DNA of 57,083 nucleotides from Thermotogota bacterium. GTDB lineage: Bacteria > Thermotogota > Thermotogae > Petrotogales > Petrotogaceae. The notes under the pieces were generated by a model. That model saw only the letters and a program-made list of their open reading frames with translations. It made no database searches and was not told the DNA's origin. Both the position numbers and the translations under genes were made by a program. The stretch lies in assembly GCA_051748045.1 (NCBI GenBank), contig JBNJGY010000005.1, positions 1-57,083 on the forward strand, read 5' to 3'. Shown here in pieces: positions 47,935-57,083 of the stretch. Within the stretch, counting starts at the first letter, position 1, and the number at the start of each line of letters is the position of its first letter.

Positions 47935-47944
47935 ATTCTTTATA

Positions 47945-48511
47945 TTATAAAGGTAAAACTTTTTTATTATAAACTGAATTTAAAACCTGTCCTAAAGCGT
48001 TATATATAGCAGATAAACCACAAATTATACCTTCCCAACCAGCAATTAAAGCTATAGTTTCACTACCGGTGAAATCAGCAGCTGCCAGTAAAAAGAATAA
48101 GATAAACAATGTCCCAAAAACAACTTGATTAGCTCTTGTTTGCTTTAACGTTCCGATGAACATAACAAATGTGAAAATTCCCCACATTAACAAATAATAA
48201 CCCATTGCATCTGCAGAAGCTGGTTCTGACAATCCCATTTCTGGTAATACCCAAATCCCTACTAAAGATAACCAAAAAAGTCCGTATGAAGTAAAAGCAG
48301 TAGCTCCAAAAACATTATCTTTTTTAAATTCCATTATTCCAGCTATTATTTGAGCTAAACCACCATAAAAAATACCCATTGAAACAATCATTGCACTTAA
48401 AGGTAAAATACCCGCATTATGTATGTTTAATAAAACTGTAGTCATCCCAAAGCCCATTAACCCTAAAGGAGCTGGATTTGCTGTCAAAACTGATGTTGTC
48501 TTGTTTTCCAT
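47945..48511 (-). CDS. satP: acetate/succinate transporter (GPR1/FUN34/YaaH)
   Basis: [15 protein letters not shown] and FYGGLAQ motifs. Confidence 0.93.
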   Translation of the reverse strand: MENKTTSVLTANPAPLGLMGFGMTTVLLNIHNAGILPLSAMIVSMGIFYGGLAQIIAGIMEFKKDNVFGATAFTSYGLFWLSLVGIWVLPEMGLSEPASADAMGYYLLMWGIFTFVMFIGTLKQTRANQVVFGTLFILFFLLAAADFTGSETIALIAGWEGIICGLSAIYNALGQVLNSVYNKKVLPL

Positions 48512-48724
48512 ATAAAATTCCTCCTATTTGTGATATTCATCTCATTTTATCTTAATAAAATTTCTAAGACAATTAACATTCTGTGATGAATGCTAAAATT
48601 TCATTAAAAAAATAACACATAAACAACATGTAAAAATATATGTTATTTTTTTCTTTTAATAAAGATTATAATTTTATATAGTATAATAGTATTTGAAATA
48701 TTTATATTTTAGGAGGTAGCCTCT

Positions 48725-50668
48725 ATGAAGACTATTACACAAAGAATTTTAATGTGGTTTACTGGAGCCTTAGTTGTATTTATGATAATTTTAGGTTTTG
48801 GTATTCTGACAAATGTAAGACAAACTATTGAACCTTTAATAGAAAACTCATCAAGCGATTTATCTGAGCAAACTGCTAAAGGGATAAATCATTATTTCGA
48901 AGGTATACAAAAAGAATTAGAAATATATACAAAAAACAGTCTTACTAAAACTCTATTATGGGAAGTAATGAAACAAGATTTAAATGAAATAAATGATGAA
49001 AAAGATTATCTAAAAAATATTTTTATCATAAAAGCAAATGGAGACTATAGAAATACAGATGGAATCGAAACAAATGTATCCAAAGATCCTATTTTTACAG
49101 AAGTTATGAAAAAGGATAATGAGGATTTTCACTTTAGTGGAGTTAGAAAATCATTAAGCGATAACGATGAAGTAATTGTGATATCACAATCTATTAAAGA
49201 TGCAGGAATGAAGTTGGGAATAATAGGGGCTGAAATTGACACTGAAGCTTTAATTAATGAAATCGCAATAGAAAGTGATGATTTTTCTTTTTCTTTTATT
49301 CTTGATTCAAACGGTAATATAGTAGCAGAAAATTCAAAAATCAGAAATTTTGACTTTAACGCTTTAAATAACGCTATTAAACAAAATAATAAAAAAATAA
49401 AATCATTCAATGTAGATGGAAATAGATTTTTTGCTTTTGACACATCACTAAAAATACCTAGTGGTTGGTCTGTTGGAAGAGTTATAAGCGAAGAATTTCT
49501 TTTCCAAGGGCATAATAGCTTGATAAGATTTATTACAATATTTATGTCTATATTAATTGTTATTATGGTAATTTTATCTTATTTAATAGCTAGAATGATT
49601 AGTAAGCCTTTAATTAAGTTTTCTAAAAAACTCAATGGTGTAGCTGATGGCGATTTCAAAGTACAATTTGACCAAGAAAGAAAAGATGAAATCGGAAAAA
49701 TGGGAACTTCGTTAAACAACTTAACAAAAGCTTTGAGAAATTCTTTTTCAGAAATAAATACTGGTGTTGAAAACGTAGATAATTCTTCTAAAGAGCTCTC
49801 TGATTTAGCCCAACAAAGTTCTGCCACTAGTGAAGAGTTAGATGCTCAGGCACAAGATATAGACAATAACATAAACGGCATAAAAGAAAGAATTTCAAAC
49901 CTTTCAACTGCTATGGATGAAATGACAAATTCATCACAAAATATATCTGGTGTTTCTCAAGATTTAAATAGTATTTCAAACGATACTTCAACTGCAACTG
50001 AAGAAAGCTTTAAAACATTAAAAAATATAATTGGACTAATAGAAAAAACAGCTAGAATTTCTAGCAATTCGAAAGATAAAGTTTCTGATTTAAGCGATAG
50101 TGCAGAAAATGTTGGTCAAATTGTTGAAACCATAGATTCAATAACCGAACAAACCAATTTGTTAGCATTAAACGCTGCTATTGAAGCTGCTAGAGCTGGT
50201 GAAGCAGGAAAAGGCTTTGCAGTTGTAGCGGATGAAATAAGAAAATTAGCGGAAGACAGTTCTAAAGCAACTGAAGAGATAGCTAAAATTTTAAATGTTA
50301 TAAAAGATAAAACAAAACAAACAGTAGAAGCTTCAGACATAACAGAAAAATCTGTGAATCAAATAGATGAAGAAATAAAAGTAATAGAAACAAACTTTAA
50401 AAATATCGAAAGTTCAGTAAACAAAATGAATGATAGTATAGAAAACCTTTCAGCAACTGCACAAGAACAATCAGCAAGTGCTGAAGAAATCAATTCAAGC
50501 ATTCACGAAATTAATAGTTCAATATCAGATATTGCTCGAGACATAGCTGATGTAAGAAAAAGCTCAGATGAACAATCAAGCTCTTCTCAAAGTATTAGTG
50601 CAAACAGTGAAGAATTAGCAGCTTTAGCAGATAATTTAAATGATCAAATAAAAAGATATAAATTTTAA
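48725..50668 (+). CDS. methyl-accepting chemotaxis protein (Cache-HAMP-MA)
   Basis: Two TM helices; HAMP domain; [34 protein letters not shown]. Confidence 0.95.
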   Translation: MKTITQRILMWFTGALVVFMIILGFGILTNVRQTIEPLIENSSSDLSEQTAKGINHYFEGIQKELEIYTKNSLTKTLLWEVMKQDLNEINDEKDYLKNIFIIKANGDYRNTDGIETNVSKDPIFTEVMKKDNEDFHFSGVRKSLSDNDEVIVISQSIKDAGMKLGIIGAEIDTEALINEIAIESDDFSFSFILDSNGNIVAENSKIRNFDFNALNNAIKQNNKKIKSFNVDGNRFFAFDTSLKIPSGWSVGRVISEEFLFQGHNSLIRFITIFMSILIVIMVILSYLIARMISKPLIKFSKKLNGVADGDFKVQFDQERKDEIGKMGTSLNNLTKALRNSFSEINTGVENVDNSSKELSDLAQQSSATSEELDAQAQDIDNNINGIKERISNLSTAMDEMTNSSQNISGVSQDLNSISNDTSTATEESFKTLKNIIGLIEKTARISSNSKDKVSDLSDSAENVGQIVETIDSITEQTNLLALNAAIEAARAGEAGKGFAVVADEIRKLAEDSSKATEEIAKILNVIKDKTKQTVEASDITEKSVNQIDEEIKVIETNFKNIESSVNKMNDSIENLSATAQEQSASAEEINSSIHEINSSISDIARDIADVRKSSDEQSSSSQSISANSEELAALADNLNDQIKRYKF

Positions 50669-50680
50669 TAAATGATTTTT

Positions 50681-50712
50681 AAGCCCCTCATATAAAAAGA
50701 ATGAGGGGTTTA
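50681..50712. terminator. terminator between convergent genes
   Basis: AAGCCCCTCAT/ATGAGGGGTTT. Confidence 0.75.
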
Positions 50713-50826
50713 TTTTATTTATATAAAAATCGTAAGCACTTGTAAAAGTAGATAAAATAAAAAGCGAATTTAGTTGTGATGGAAAATTTTTATCAATCAT
50801 ATCTTTAGTTTTAAGAGTGTTTAATT

Positions 50827-52323
50827 TCAATTTATTTTACTTGCATAAAATTCTCTATATACAGAACTAATAATTAAAATAACAGAAAAACCTAAAAGAG
50901 AAAAAAACAACCAATAAGATGCTATAGGGAAAAAAGAGTACAAAGGTTGATAACTCATGTTCATAAGATAAACTACAACTACAAAAATAAACGTAAAAAA
51001 TATGATTTTTAATGGAAATAGCCATAAAGATCTTTTTGATTTTCTTTTTATGGTTTTATTTTCACCTATAAACTGTTCTATTAAGCTCCATAATATAGAA
51101 AGAGATATGTAGATTATTAACCCTGTTATAATCCATGTAATTATCTGACCTATTATTATTAAACCCATACCAGCTGTATCATTTCCAGTCCATTTTGCCC
51201 AATCATTTAATAAATAAGCGAATGCTGGCCAGCTTCTCTGGCTGTTGGTTAGAATGACAATTCCATCCCCAGTCTCAGGTATAAATTGAATTTGAGACAT
51301 CCAACCAGTACCTTGTCCGCCATTAGCGATTGATTTTGTTTCTCCCAAAAAATCAATATAATGCCCCAAAGAATAAGAGTCAAACACTAATCCATAATAA
51401 CCTGGAATGCTTTCATAAACAGGTTCATGTATCATTTTTTTAAGTTTGGAACTAATAAAAGAATTATCATAATTCATACTTTTTATAACAAACTTCGAGA
51501 TATCTTCTAAGTTAGAAAATAAGTTTCCAGAACCCGACATAGCATATGTATAAGGAGGTATTTCTTTCCCATTCACATCGTATCCATTTGGAATATTTCC
51601 TTTCCATTTTTCATTCCATTTATAGCCAGAATTATTCATATCTAATTCAGATAAAACATTTTCTTTCATATATTTTTCAAACGTTTTTCCAATTATTTCT
51701 TCAACCAATATATCAAGAATATTGAATCCTATATCAGAATAATAAAAGGATTTTCCAGGCTCTTGAAAAATATCGAATTCCTCTTTTATTAAATCTCTTT
51801 TATCTGGTAATTCTTCATAAGGCGAAAATAAAGTCTCCGGACCTATTTTCCCTAGATTCAACCCTGCTGAATTGCTCAAAATCATTCTGGTAGTTATTTT
51901 TCCAGAATCATATTCAGAACTATTAAAATTCCAATCATCTATATAGTTTTTAATAGGTTTATCCAAATCAATTCTACCTTCATCAACCAATTTCATTATT
52001 CCCCAAGTAGTTAAAGATTTAGAAATTGATTCTACTCTAAAAACTGTATCTTTTTCCATTTTTCTTTTTTCTTCTAAATCTGCATAACCAAAAGATTCCA
52101 TCCAGACTATCTCATTATTTTTAATTAATGAAATGTTCAACCCTGGAATATCATAATCATAAATAATATTTTCAATTTTATCTGAAAAACGGTTTGTATA
52201 TTCTTCGATATTTTGATTCACCTTTACATCATTATTCAAAAAAACTTTTGAAAATATTACTAAAGGTACAATTGTAATGATTAAAATAATTATTACCTTT
52301 ATATATTTTCTTTTCATGCCCAC
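50827..52323 (-). CDS. serine hydrolase (beta-lactamase-like) with C-terminal TM helices
   Basis: ESISKSL (SxxK), YSD and NGG motifs. Confidence 0.87.
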   Translation of the reverse strand: MGMKRKYIKVIIILIITIVPLVIFSKVFLNNDVKVNQNIEEYTNRFSDKIENIIYDYDIPGLNISLIKNNEIVWMESFGYADLEEKRKMEKDTVFRVESISKSLTTWGIMKLVDEGRIDLDKPIKNYIDDWNFNSSEYDSGKITTRMILSNSAGLNLGKIGPETLFSPYEELPDKRDLIKEEFDIFQEPGKSFYYSDIGFNILDILVEEIIGKTFEKYMKENVLSELDMNNSGYKWNEKWKGNIPNGYDVNGKEIPPYTYAMSGSGNLFSNLEDISKFVIKSMNYDNSFISSKLKKMIHEPVYESIPGYYGLVFDSYSLGHYIDFLGETKSIANGGQGTGWMSQIQFIPETGDGIVILTNSQRSWPAFAYLLNDWAKWTGNDTAGMGLIIIGQIITWIITGLIIYISLSILWSLIEQFIGENKTIKRKSKRSLWLFPLKIIFFTFIFVVVVYLMNMSYQPLYSFFPIASYWLFFSLLGFSVILIISSVYREFYASKIN

Positions 52324-52339
52324 ACCACCTTGTTTAAAT

Positions 52340-52918
52340 TTATTTTTTTAACCCATCAAAAATAAATTTTATTAAATCATTCAATAGTTCAGGAAAAAAA
52401 TCTTTACCAATGTTCATTTTATTAATATATACATATAATAGCGCATCAAAAAAAGCTATTATATACTTTGGATCTTTCTGTTTTATTATGCCCTTTTTTT
52501 GCCATTTTTGTATAAACGGGATAAAAATACTATAAGCTATTTCTCCATTTTCCTTAAAATCAAATTCAGTTTTCTTCTCAATTTTTCTAAAGGTATTTTG
52601 ATTAAACATTTCACTCAAAATTTTATTACTCTGAACACCTTCAAGAAATTTATAAAATATTTTTTTCGTTACTTCAAAGGGATCTTCATCCTCATTAATT
52701 TGATTCATTATTGATTTTTTTAATTTATTATTTTCCTCATTAAAAATTATTAAGAACAACTCTTCTTTTGAAGAAAAATAATTGTAAAAACTACCTGTTG
52801 CCATGTTTGATTTTTTTGTAATCTCAAATACAGAGACATCCTTAAATCCATGATTTAAAAACATGTCCCTCGCACTTTGAATCAAATTTTCCCTTTTGTT
52901 ATCATCTTTTATCTTCAC
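52340..52918 (-). CDS. TetR/AcrR family regulator
   Basis: ARDMFLNHGF..VSV.EI...ATGSFYNYFSSKEELF. Start moved to GTG 52918 behind AAGGAG. Confidence 0.92.
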   Translation of the reverse strand: MKIKDDNKRENLIQSARDMFLNHGFKDVSVFEITKKSNMATGSFYNYFSSKEELFLIIFNEENNKLKKSIMNQINEDEDPFEVTKKIFYKFLEGVQSNKILSEMFNQNTFRKIEKKTEFDFKENGEIAYSIFIPFIQKWQKKGIIKQKDPKYIIAFFDALLYVYINKMNIGKDFFPELLNDLIKFIFDGLKK

Positions 52919-52936
52919 AACAAACGCTCCTTTTAA

Positions 52937-52993
52937 ATGAATGAATTTATTTTTATTCATTCATATTTTACTAAAAAAAATAATAAATGTCAA
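52937..52993 (-). promoter_or_regulatory. promoter plus palindromic TetR operator
   Basis: TTGACA-17-TAAAAT (52993-52965) immediately followed by ATGAATGAAT-N8-ATTCATTCAT (52937-52964). Confidence 0.78.
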
Positions 52994-53006
52994 TTTAAAA
53001 ATCATC

Positions 53007-53038
53007 AAAAAACTCCCCAAAAAAATGGGGAGTTTTTT
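53007..53038 (-). terminator. intrinsic terminator
   Basis: AAAAAACTCCCCA/TGGGGAGTTTTTT. Confidence 0.8.
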
Positions 53039-53819
53039 AATAAAGTATTATGTTGAAATATGCTTGATCAATATTCATTTCACCATCGGTAAAATCTAAA
53101 ATGAGTTCTAAATAACCTAATCTATCAGCATGATAAAATCCTGATACAGATTTTGAGTATCTTATTACATTTTTATCTCCCCAATTAACAACTTCAAACT
53201 GAGCAATCCCACCTATCATAAGTTCTGGTGAATCTGCTAATAATTCTCCATCTTCTGAATAAAATTCGCTTTCAATGTATATTTCTTTTTTATGATCCAA
53301 ATTTATTTTATATTCAAAATAATTTTCTAACTCAATAATTGCTTTAAAATCTTTTTCAAAATTTCCTTCTAAGTCATAATAAACATTTTCTGAGCTGAAT
53401 AATTCTTCTAAATAAGTTCCATTGAAAGATAATAGCTTAACATTTATATATCCTCCACTTCCTCCTGTGCTGTTTTTTATCAAAATATCTTTATTTGAGT
53501 CTCCATTAAAATCTGCTAATTCAATAGTTGTTTCATACCCATCTTCAATAGCATTCTTGTAAAGAATAAAAGTTTCTTTTCTATTGCTAATTACCAATTT
53601 TATATTTCGTACAAATGGACTATCATCGTTTTTTAATTCTCCGATAATCATTATGTTTTCATTTACCCCGTCATTATCAATGTCATCTGTTTTGCTGTTC
53701 AAAATATAATTGACATTTTCAAAAGTCAAATCTTGAAATTTTTCATACGGAATTTCTTTTTCTACTGAAAAAGCCATAATTAATAAACTTACAAATAAAA
53801 ATATAAGAACTTTTTTCAT
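53037..53819 (-). CDS. secreted protein with FG-GAP/VCBS-like Ca-binding loops
   Basis: Signal peptide; DIDNDGVNE and DFNGDSNKDI..TGGSGG motifs. Confidence 0.65.
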   Translation of the reverse strand: MKKVLIFLFVSLLIMAFSVEKEIPYEKFQDLTFENVNYILNSKTDDIDNDGVNENIMIIGELKNDDSPFVRNIKLVISNRKETFILYKNAIEDGYETTIELADFNGDSNKDILIKNSTGGSGGYINVKLLSFNGTYLEELFSSENVYYDLEGNFEKDFKAIIELENYFEYKINLDHKKEIYIESEFYSEDGELLADSPELMIGGIAQFEVVNWGDKNVIRYSKSVSGFYHADRLGYLELILDFTDGEMNIDQAYFNIILY

Positions 53820-53864
53820 ATTCCCACCTCCACATTATTATAGGTCTAAAAGCTAAAAAATAAT

Positions 53865-53893
53865 TTGACAATATTTTTCTTTCAAGCTATAAT
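53865..53893 (+). promoter_or_regulatory. promoter of the trp leader and trpS
   Basis: Perfect TTGACA-17-TATAAT. Confidence 0.85.
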
Positions 53894-53923
53894 AAAATTG
53901 TACCAGAAAAAGGATGTGTTAAG

Positions 53924-53977
53924 ATGAAAAATCAATTAAAATATATAAATAAAAGATTATGGTGGTGGCATCTCTGA
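53924..53977 (+). CDS. tryptophan leader peptide (17 aa, MKNQLKYINKRLWWWHL)
   Basis: AAGGATG RBS; TGG-TGG-TGG at 53960-53968; lies upstream of trpS. Confidence 0.9.
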   Translation: MKNQLKYINKRLWWWHL

Positions 53978-54066
53978 GGATGCCTAATAAATTTTTATAT
54001 AATCGGGCATCCATATTAGGATGCCCTTTAATTTATAAGGGCTTTCCGATTAGGAAAGTCTTTTTT
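53967..54066 (+). promoter_or_regulatory. transcription attenuator (alternative hairpins and terminator at 54037-54066)
   Basis: Mutually exclusive segments GGCATC / GGATGCC / GGGCATCC / GGATGCCCTT / AAGGGCTTTCC / GGAAAGTC followed by T6. Confidence 0.88.
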
Positions 54067-54109
54067 ATTATTATTAATTATTTAAAGAATATACCGAGGA
54101 GGAAATACA

Positions 54110-55165
54110 ATGGACAAAAAAAGAATTTTAACAGGAGATAGACCCACAGGAAAATTACATTTAGGACATTATGTAGGTACATTAAAAAACAGAATTAAAT
54201 ATCAATACGAATATGACAGCATATTTATAATAGCAGATTTACACATGCTAACAACAAAAAATACAAAAGAAGACATTGAAAAATCACAAGATAATTCTAG
54301 GAGCCTAGTTTTAGATGCAATCTCTGCAGGGATAGAACCAGAAAATGTAAAATTCTATCTTCAATCTGCAATTCCAGAAGTTCACGAATTATACACATTA
54401 TTACAAAATTTAACTACTGTAGCTAGACTTGAAAGAATGCCTAGTTTAAAAGATATGGCGAGAGACGCTAACATAGAAATGCCTTTTGGATTATTAGGTT
54501 ATCCAGTTCTCCAAACAGCAGATATAATAGGGGTTAAATCACATGTTGTCCCAGTTGGAAAAGACAATGTAGCTCATGTTGAAATAGCAAGAGAAATAGC
54601 AAGAAGATTTAACAGCTTGTATGGAGAGCTTTTTCCTATACCAAAAGTTATCCAAGGGGAAGAAGCTGCTTTAACAGGAATTTATGGAGAAAGAAAAATG
54701 AGTAAAAGCGCAAACAATGCTATCTTTTTAAGTGATGATGCGAACACGGTGAAAAAGATGGTTATGAAAATGAAAACAGACCCAAATAGAATTAGAGCAG
54801 ATATTCCTGGAAAAGTTGAAGGTAACCCTGTATTTATATACCACGATTTATTCAACCCAAATAAAGAAGAAGTTCAAGATTTAAAAGAGAGATATAGAAA
54901 AGGGAAAGTTGGAGATGTTGAAGTAAAAGAAAAATTAGTGATCGCTTTAAATAACTTTCTTGATCCATTCAGAGAAAGAAGACAAAGTTATGAAACTTCA
55001 GGAATGGTAGAAGAAATAATAGTAAAAGGAACAGAAGAAGTTAGAGAAGAAGTTAGAAACACTGTTCTTGAAATGAAAAAATTAATGGGGCTCTCAGGAG
55101 TTTATAAAAGAATAAGAAGAAAAGCAGAAAGATTTGTAAAAAAACAAGAGAAAAAAGAAAATTAA
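54110..55165 (+). CDS. trpS: tryptophan--tRNA ligase
   Basis: [23 protein letters not shown] and KMSKS motifs. Confidence 0.96.
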   Translation: MDKKRILTGDRPTGKLHLGHYVGTLKNRIKYQYEYDSIFIIADLHMLTTKNTKEDIEKSQDNSRSLVLDAISAGIEPENVKFYLQSAIPEVHELYTLLQNLTTVARLERMPSLKDMARDANIEMPFGLLGYPVLQTADIIGVKSHVVPVGKDNVAHVEIAREIARRFNSLYGELFPIPKVIQGEEAALTGIYGERKMSKSANNAIFLSDDANTVKKMVMKMKTDPNRIRADIPGKVEGNPVFIYHDLFNPNKEEVQDLKERYRKGKVGDVEVKEKLVIALNNFLDPFRERRQSYETSGMVEEIIVKGTEEVREEVRNTVLEMKKLMGLSGVYKRIRRKAERFVKKQEKKEN

Positions 55166-55179
55166 TAGATTATTTAATT

Positions 55180-55211
55180 AAGAGCACATTTAATAAAATG
55201 TGCTCTTTTTT
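55180..55211 (+). terminator. terminator after trpS
   Basis: AAGAGCACA/TGTGCTCTT followed by a T-run. Confidence 0.8.
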
Positions 55212-55253
55212 ATGATAAAATATTCACAGATGAATTTTTTGGAGGATAAAGAA

Positions 55254-56828
55254 ATGATTAACGTCGAGGAAATTCTTTATAAAATACATAGATATGGAAG
55301 CTATGCAGTTCCTTATTATAACTACGTATTGGAAAAGCATAAAAATGATGAAATAGCTATATTTCTTCAGATAGCCTTGTTAAGAAGAAATAATAACCAC
55401 GAGCAGGCTATTCAAACAATTAATCATGATTTGCTAAACATAAAAAATAAAAATATATATTACTTGTTGATTGGTATGAAAATGTCATCTATGTTTCTCC
55501 TTAAAAGAGAAGATTATAAAACAACTTACAGAATTTTGAAAAAAAATCTTGAAAAAATACCTCCTTTAGCAAGAGAAATTCTTAAACCTGTTTTTTTATC
55601 CATAGAGTCTGACTCTAACTATTTCAACCCTTCAAGATGCTGGGGAGAAAAAACAGAAAGAGATTTGTATTTTAAAAGTTTCAATCTGATAGGTGAAGCA
55701 AGAAAAGAAAAACATTTAAAGAAAAAAAGAAAGTTATTTTCTGAAAGCATGTTAATTGCAAAAAAAATACCAAACCCTTCAATTATGATTACTTCTTTAG
55801 GCAACCTTCAAAGAACTTACAAAAATAATTGTAAAATAAAAAGACAGATATGTTATCTGAGCCTTTACTACGAGTCATATTACTTCGACAATCATTACGC
55901 TACTCTGATGAGAATGAATGATTATTTATCGGTTTATGAAAAGAAAAATATGTATAAATTCATGACAGAGTTGGAATATTTTAGGAGGATATATTCTGTT
56001 TATAAACCAAATATAACTTCAAAATATGTTGAAATGTCTGAAAGACTATATCTAAATAAAAATAAATATGAAATAAACTCTGAGATAAAAAACTATTTAA
56101 CAAAAATCTCAAAAGGAAATGTCACCTATTTTTGTAAAAAACATACTATTTCCAGAACAACTTTTTATTCAATATTAGATAATAAAATTAAATATATTAA
56201 ATCAAACACTATTAGAAAAATAGTGAAAAAATGCGATAATTCTTATGACCTACCTTTTGAATTTAAAATCGAAAAATTCAAAATTTTTTTAGATAAAGCA
56301 ATAAGAGACTTTTTCTATAAAATCCAAAATACTGACAGTAAAAAGGTTCTTTTAGAAATGATTTCCACATATTTAGCCTATCCGAAAACAACATCAAAAT
56401 CAAAGAAACACCATGAAATTATTATGAAAATTAAAAAATACGATTTAAAAGATTTAAGAAAACTTAACTATGATTATAAGCTATTTTTATTACAAGGCTT
56501 TTCAGAAATTCATTCTGTTTACTTAAAAGCAAGAAAAGTATTGATTAAATCAACCTTAGGCCACCTTAAAAAAGACAACCTTTTAAAAGGATTTTCTATT
56601 TATATATCATCAAACAAGAAAAAAAGAAAAATAATTGAGGATTTCTATATATCTTTAGAAAGGTTTCATAGACTAGACAATATAAATGATGAAAATTACA
56701 CAATAAAGATAGATAACAATATAATAACAAATAAGAAATATATCAACGCTTTATATAATTTTAATGAAAAAGATAGAAAAATATTATATAAAATATTGAT
56801 GAAAAATATAAATATTGCTAATCAATAA
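55254..56828 (+). CDS. hypothetical basic helical protein with an internal Cro/C1-type HTH
   Basis: ATG 55254 behind GGAGG; NVTYFCKKHTISRTTFYSILDNK...IKSNTIRKI HTH-like segment. Confidence 0.6.
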   Translation: MINVEEILYKIHRYGSYAVPYYNYVLEKHKNDEIAIFLQIALLRRNNNHEQAIQTINHDLLNIKNKNIYYLLIGMKMSSMFLLKREDYKTTYRILKKNLEKIPPLAREILKPVFLSIESDSNYFNPSRCWGEKTERDLYFKSFNLIGEARKEKHLKKKRKLFSESMLIAKKIPNPSIMITSLGNLQRTYKNNCKIKRQICYLSLYYESYYFDNHYATLMRMNDYLSVYEKKNMYKFMTELEYFRRIYSVYKPNITSKYVEMSERLYLNKNKYEINSEIKNYLTKISKGNVTYFCKKHTISRTTFYSILDNKIKYIKSNTIRKIVKKCDNSYDLPFEFKIEKFKIFLDKAIRDFFYKIQNTDSKKVLLEMISTYLAYPKTTSKSKKHHEIIMKIKKYDLKDLRKLNYDYKLFLLQGFSEIHSVYLKARKVLIKSTLGHLKKDNLLKGFSIYISSNKKKRKIIEDFYISLERFHRLDNINDENYTIKIDNNIITNKKYINALYNFNEKDRKILYKILMKNINIANQ

Positions 56829-56863
56829 AAACGTTTGGATGTGTTCAGTTTCCAAACGTTTTT
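56827..56863 (+). terminator. intrinsic terminator
   Basis: AAAACGTTTGGA/TCCAAACGTTTTT. Confidence 0.8.
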
Positions 56864-57003
56864 ATTTTTTGTAAATAATGTTAAAAAATGATTTAACCTA
56901 TCTACTTATAACACTTCTACTCATTATAGAGATGAATAACCTCTCAATTGATTAGGATTATAATTATATTAGATTAATTATTGGTGAAAAAGGGGATGTT
57001 TTA

Positions 57004-57083
57004 ATGAAAATTAAAAACAAAATTTTGGTACCTGTATTATCTGTAACAATTGTTGGTTTTATCATTTTTGGTATTTTTGGTTA
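57004..57083 (+). CDS. 5' end of a membrane protein (MCP/sensor-like N-terminus), truncated by the window
   Basis: AGGGG RBS; MKIKNKILVPVLSVTIVGFIIFGIFG. Confidence 0.6.
   Translation, partial: MKIKNKILVPVLSVTIVGFIIFGIFG

Noticed and set aside
50636-50830. 64-aa ORF downstream of the serine hydrolase
   Set aside because: It crosses the terminator and overlaps the MCP 3' end, with no motif or clear RBS.
53894-54066. T-box upstream of trpS
   Set aside because: The GGTGG here is part of the Trp codon run. There is no GGTGGnACC antiterminator bulge or stem I.
53959-54141. 60-aa ORF MVVASLRMP... from the track
   Set aside because: It has no RBS and runs through the attenuator hairpins and terminator. 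The real ORF is the WWW leader in another frame.
2429-55804. Numerous 60-140 aa antisense or alternate-frame ORFs (e.g. 2429, 14016, 19415, 25978, 37483, 49129)
   Set aside because: They are shadows of well-supported genes, rich in F/L/S/I as expected for the reverse strand of A-rich coding DNA, and lack an RBS.

Overview
A very AT-rich bacterial chromosome segment with dense housekeeping and accessory genes. Gene content and style suggest a Thermotogota (Petrotogaceae-like) anaerobe, which is an inference. It holds a metQNI methionine ABC transporter, a hutU-ftcD-hutI-fchA histidine catabolism operon without hutH, three other ABC exporters, two GGDEF proteins, an MCP, a GH65 phosphorylase, a Ca2+ P-type ATPase, SatP, YaaA, two serine hydrolases and trpS. 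I saw no rRNA, tRNA, CRISPR array, transposase or integrase. The strongest signals lie outside the ORF track. (1) An unannotated 33-codon leader with three tandem Met codons and alternative terminator/antiterminator hairpins precedes metQNI, a candidate ribosome-mediated methionine attenuator. (2) A 17-codon Trp-Trp-Trp leader with a six-segment attenuator precedes trpS. (3) An S41 peptidase is fused to POTRA and an Omp85-like beta-barrel. (4) A dispersed, structured intergenic element occurs three times and shows a compensatory base change. (5) Two MerR-type promoters have 19-bp spacers. (6) Deletion scars include a glyoxalase/Panacea-antitoxin chimera. All family calls come from motif recognition by eye, without database searches.
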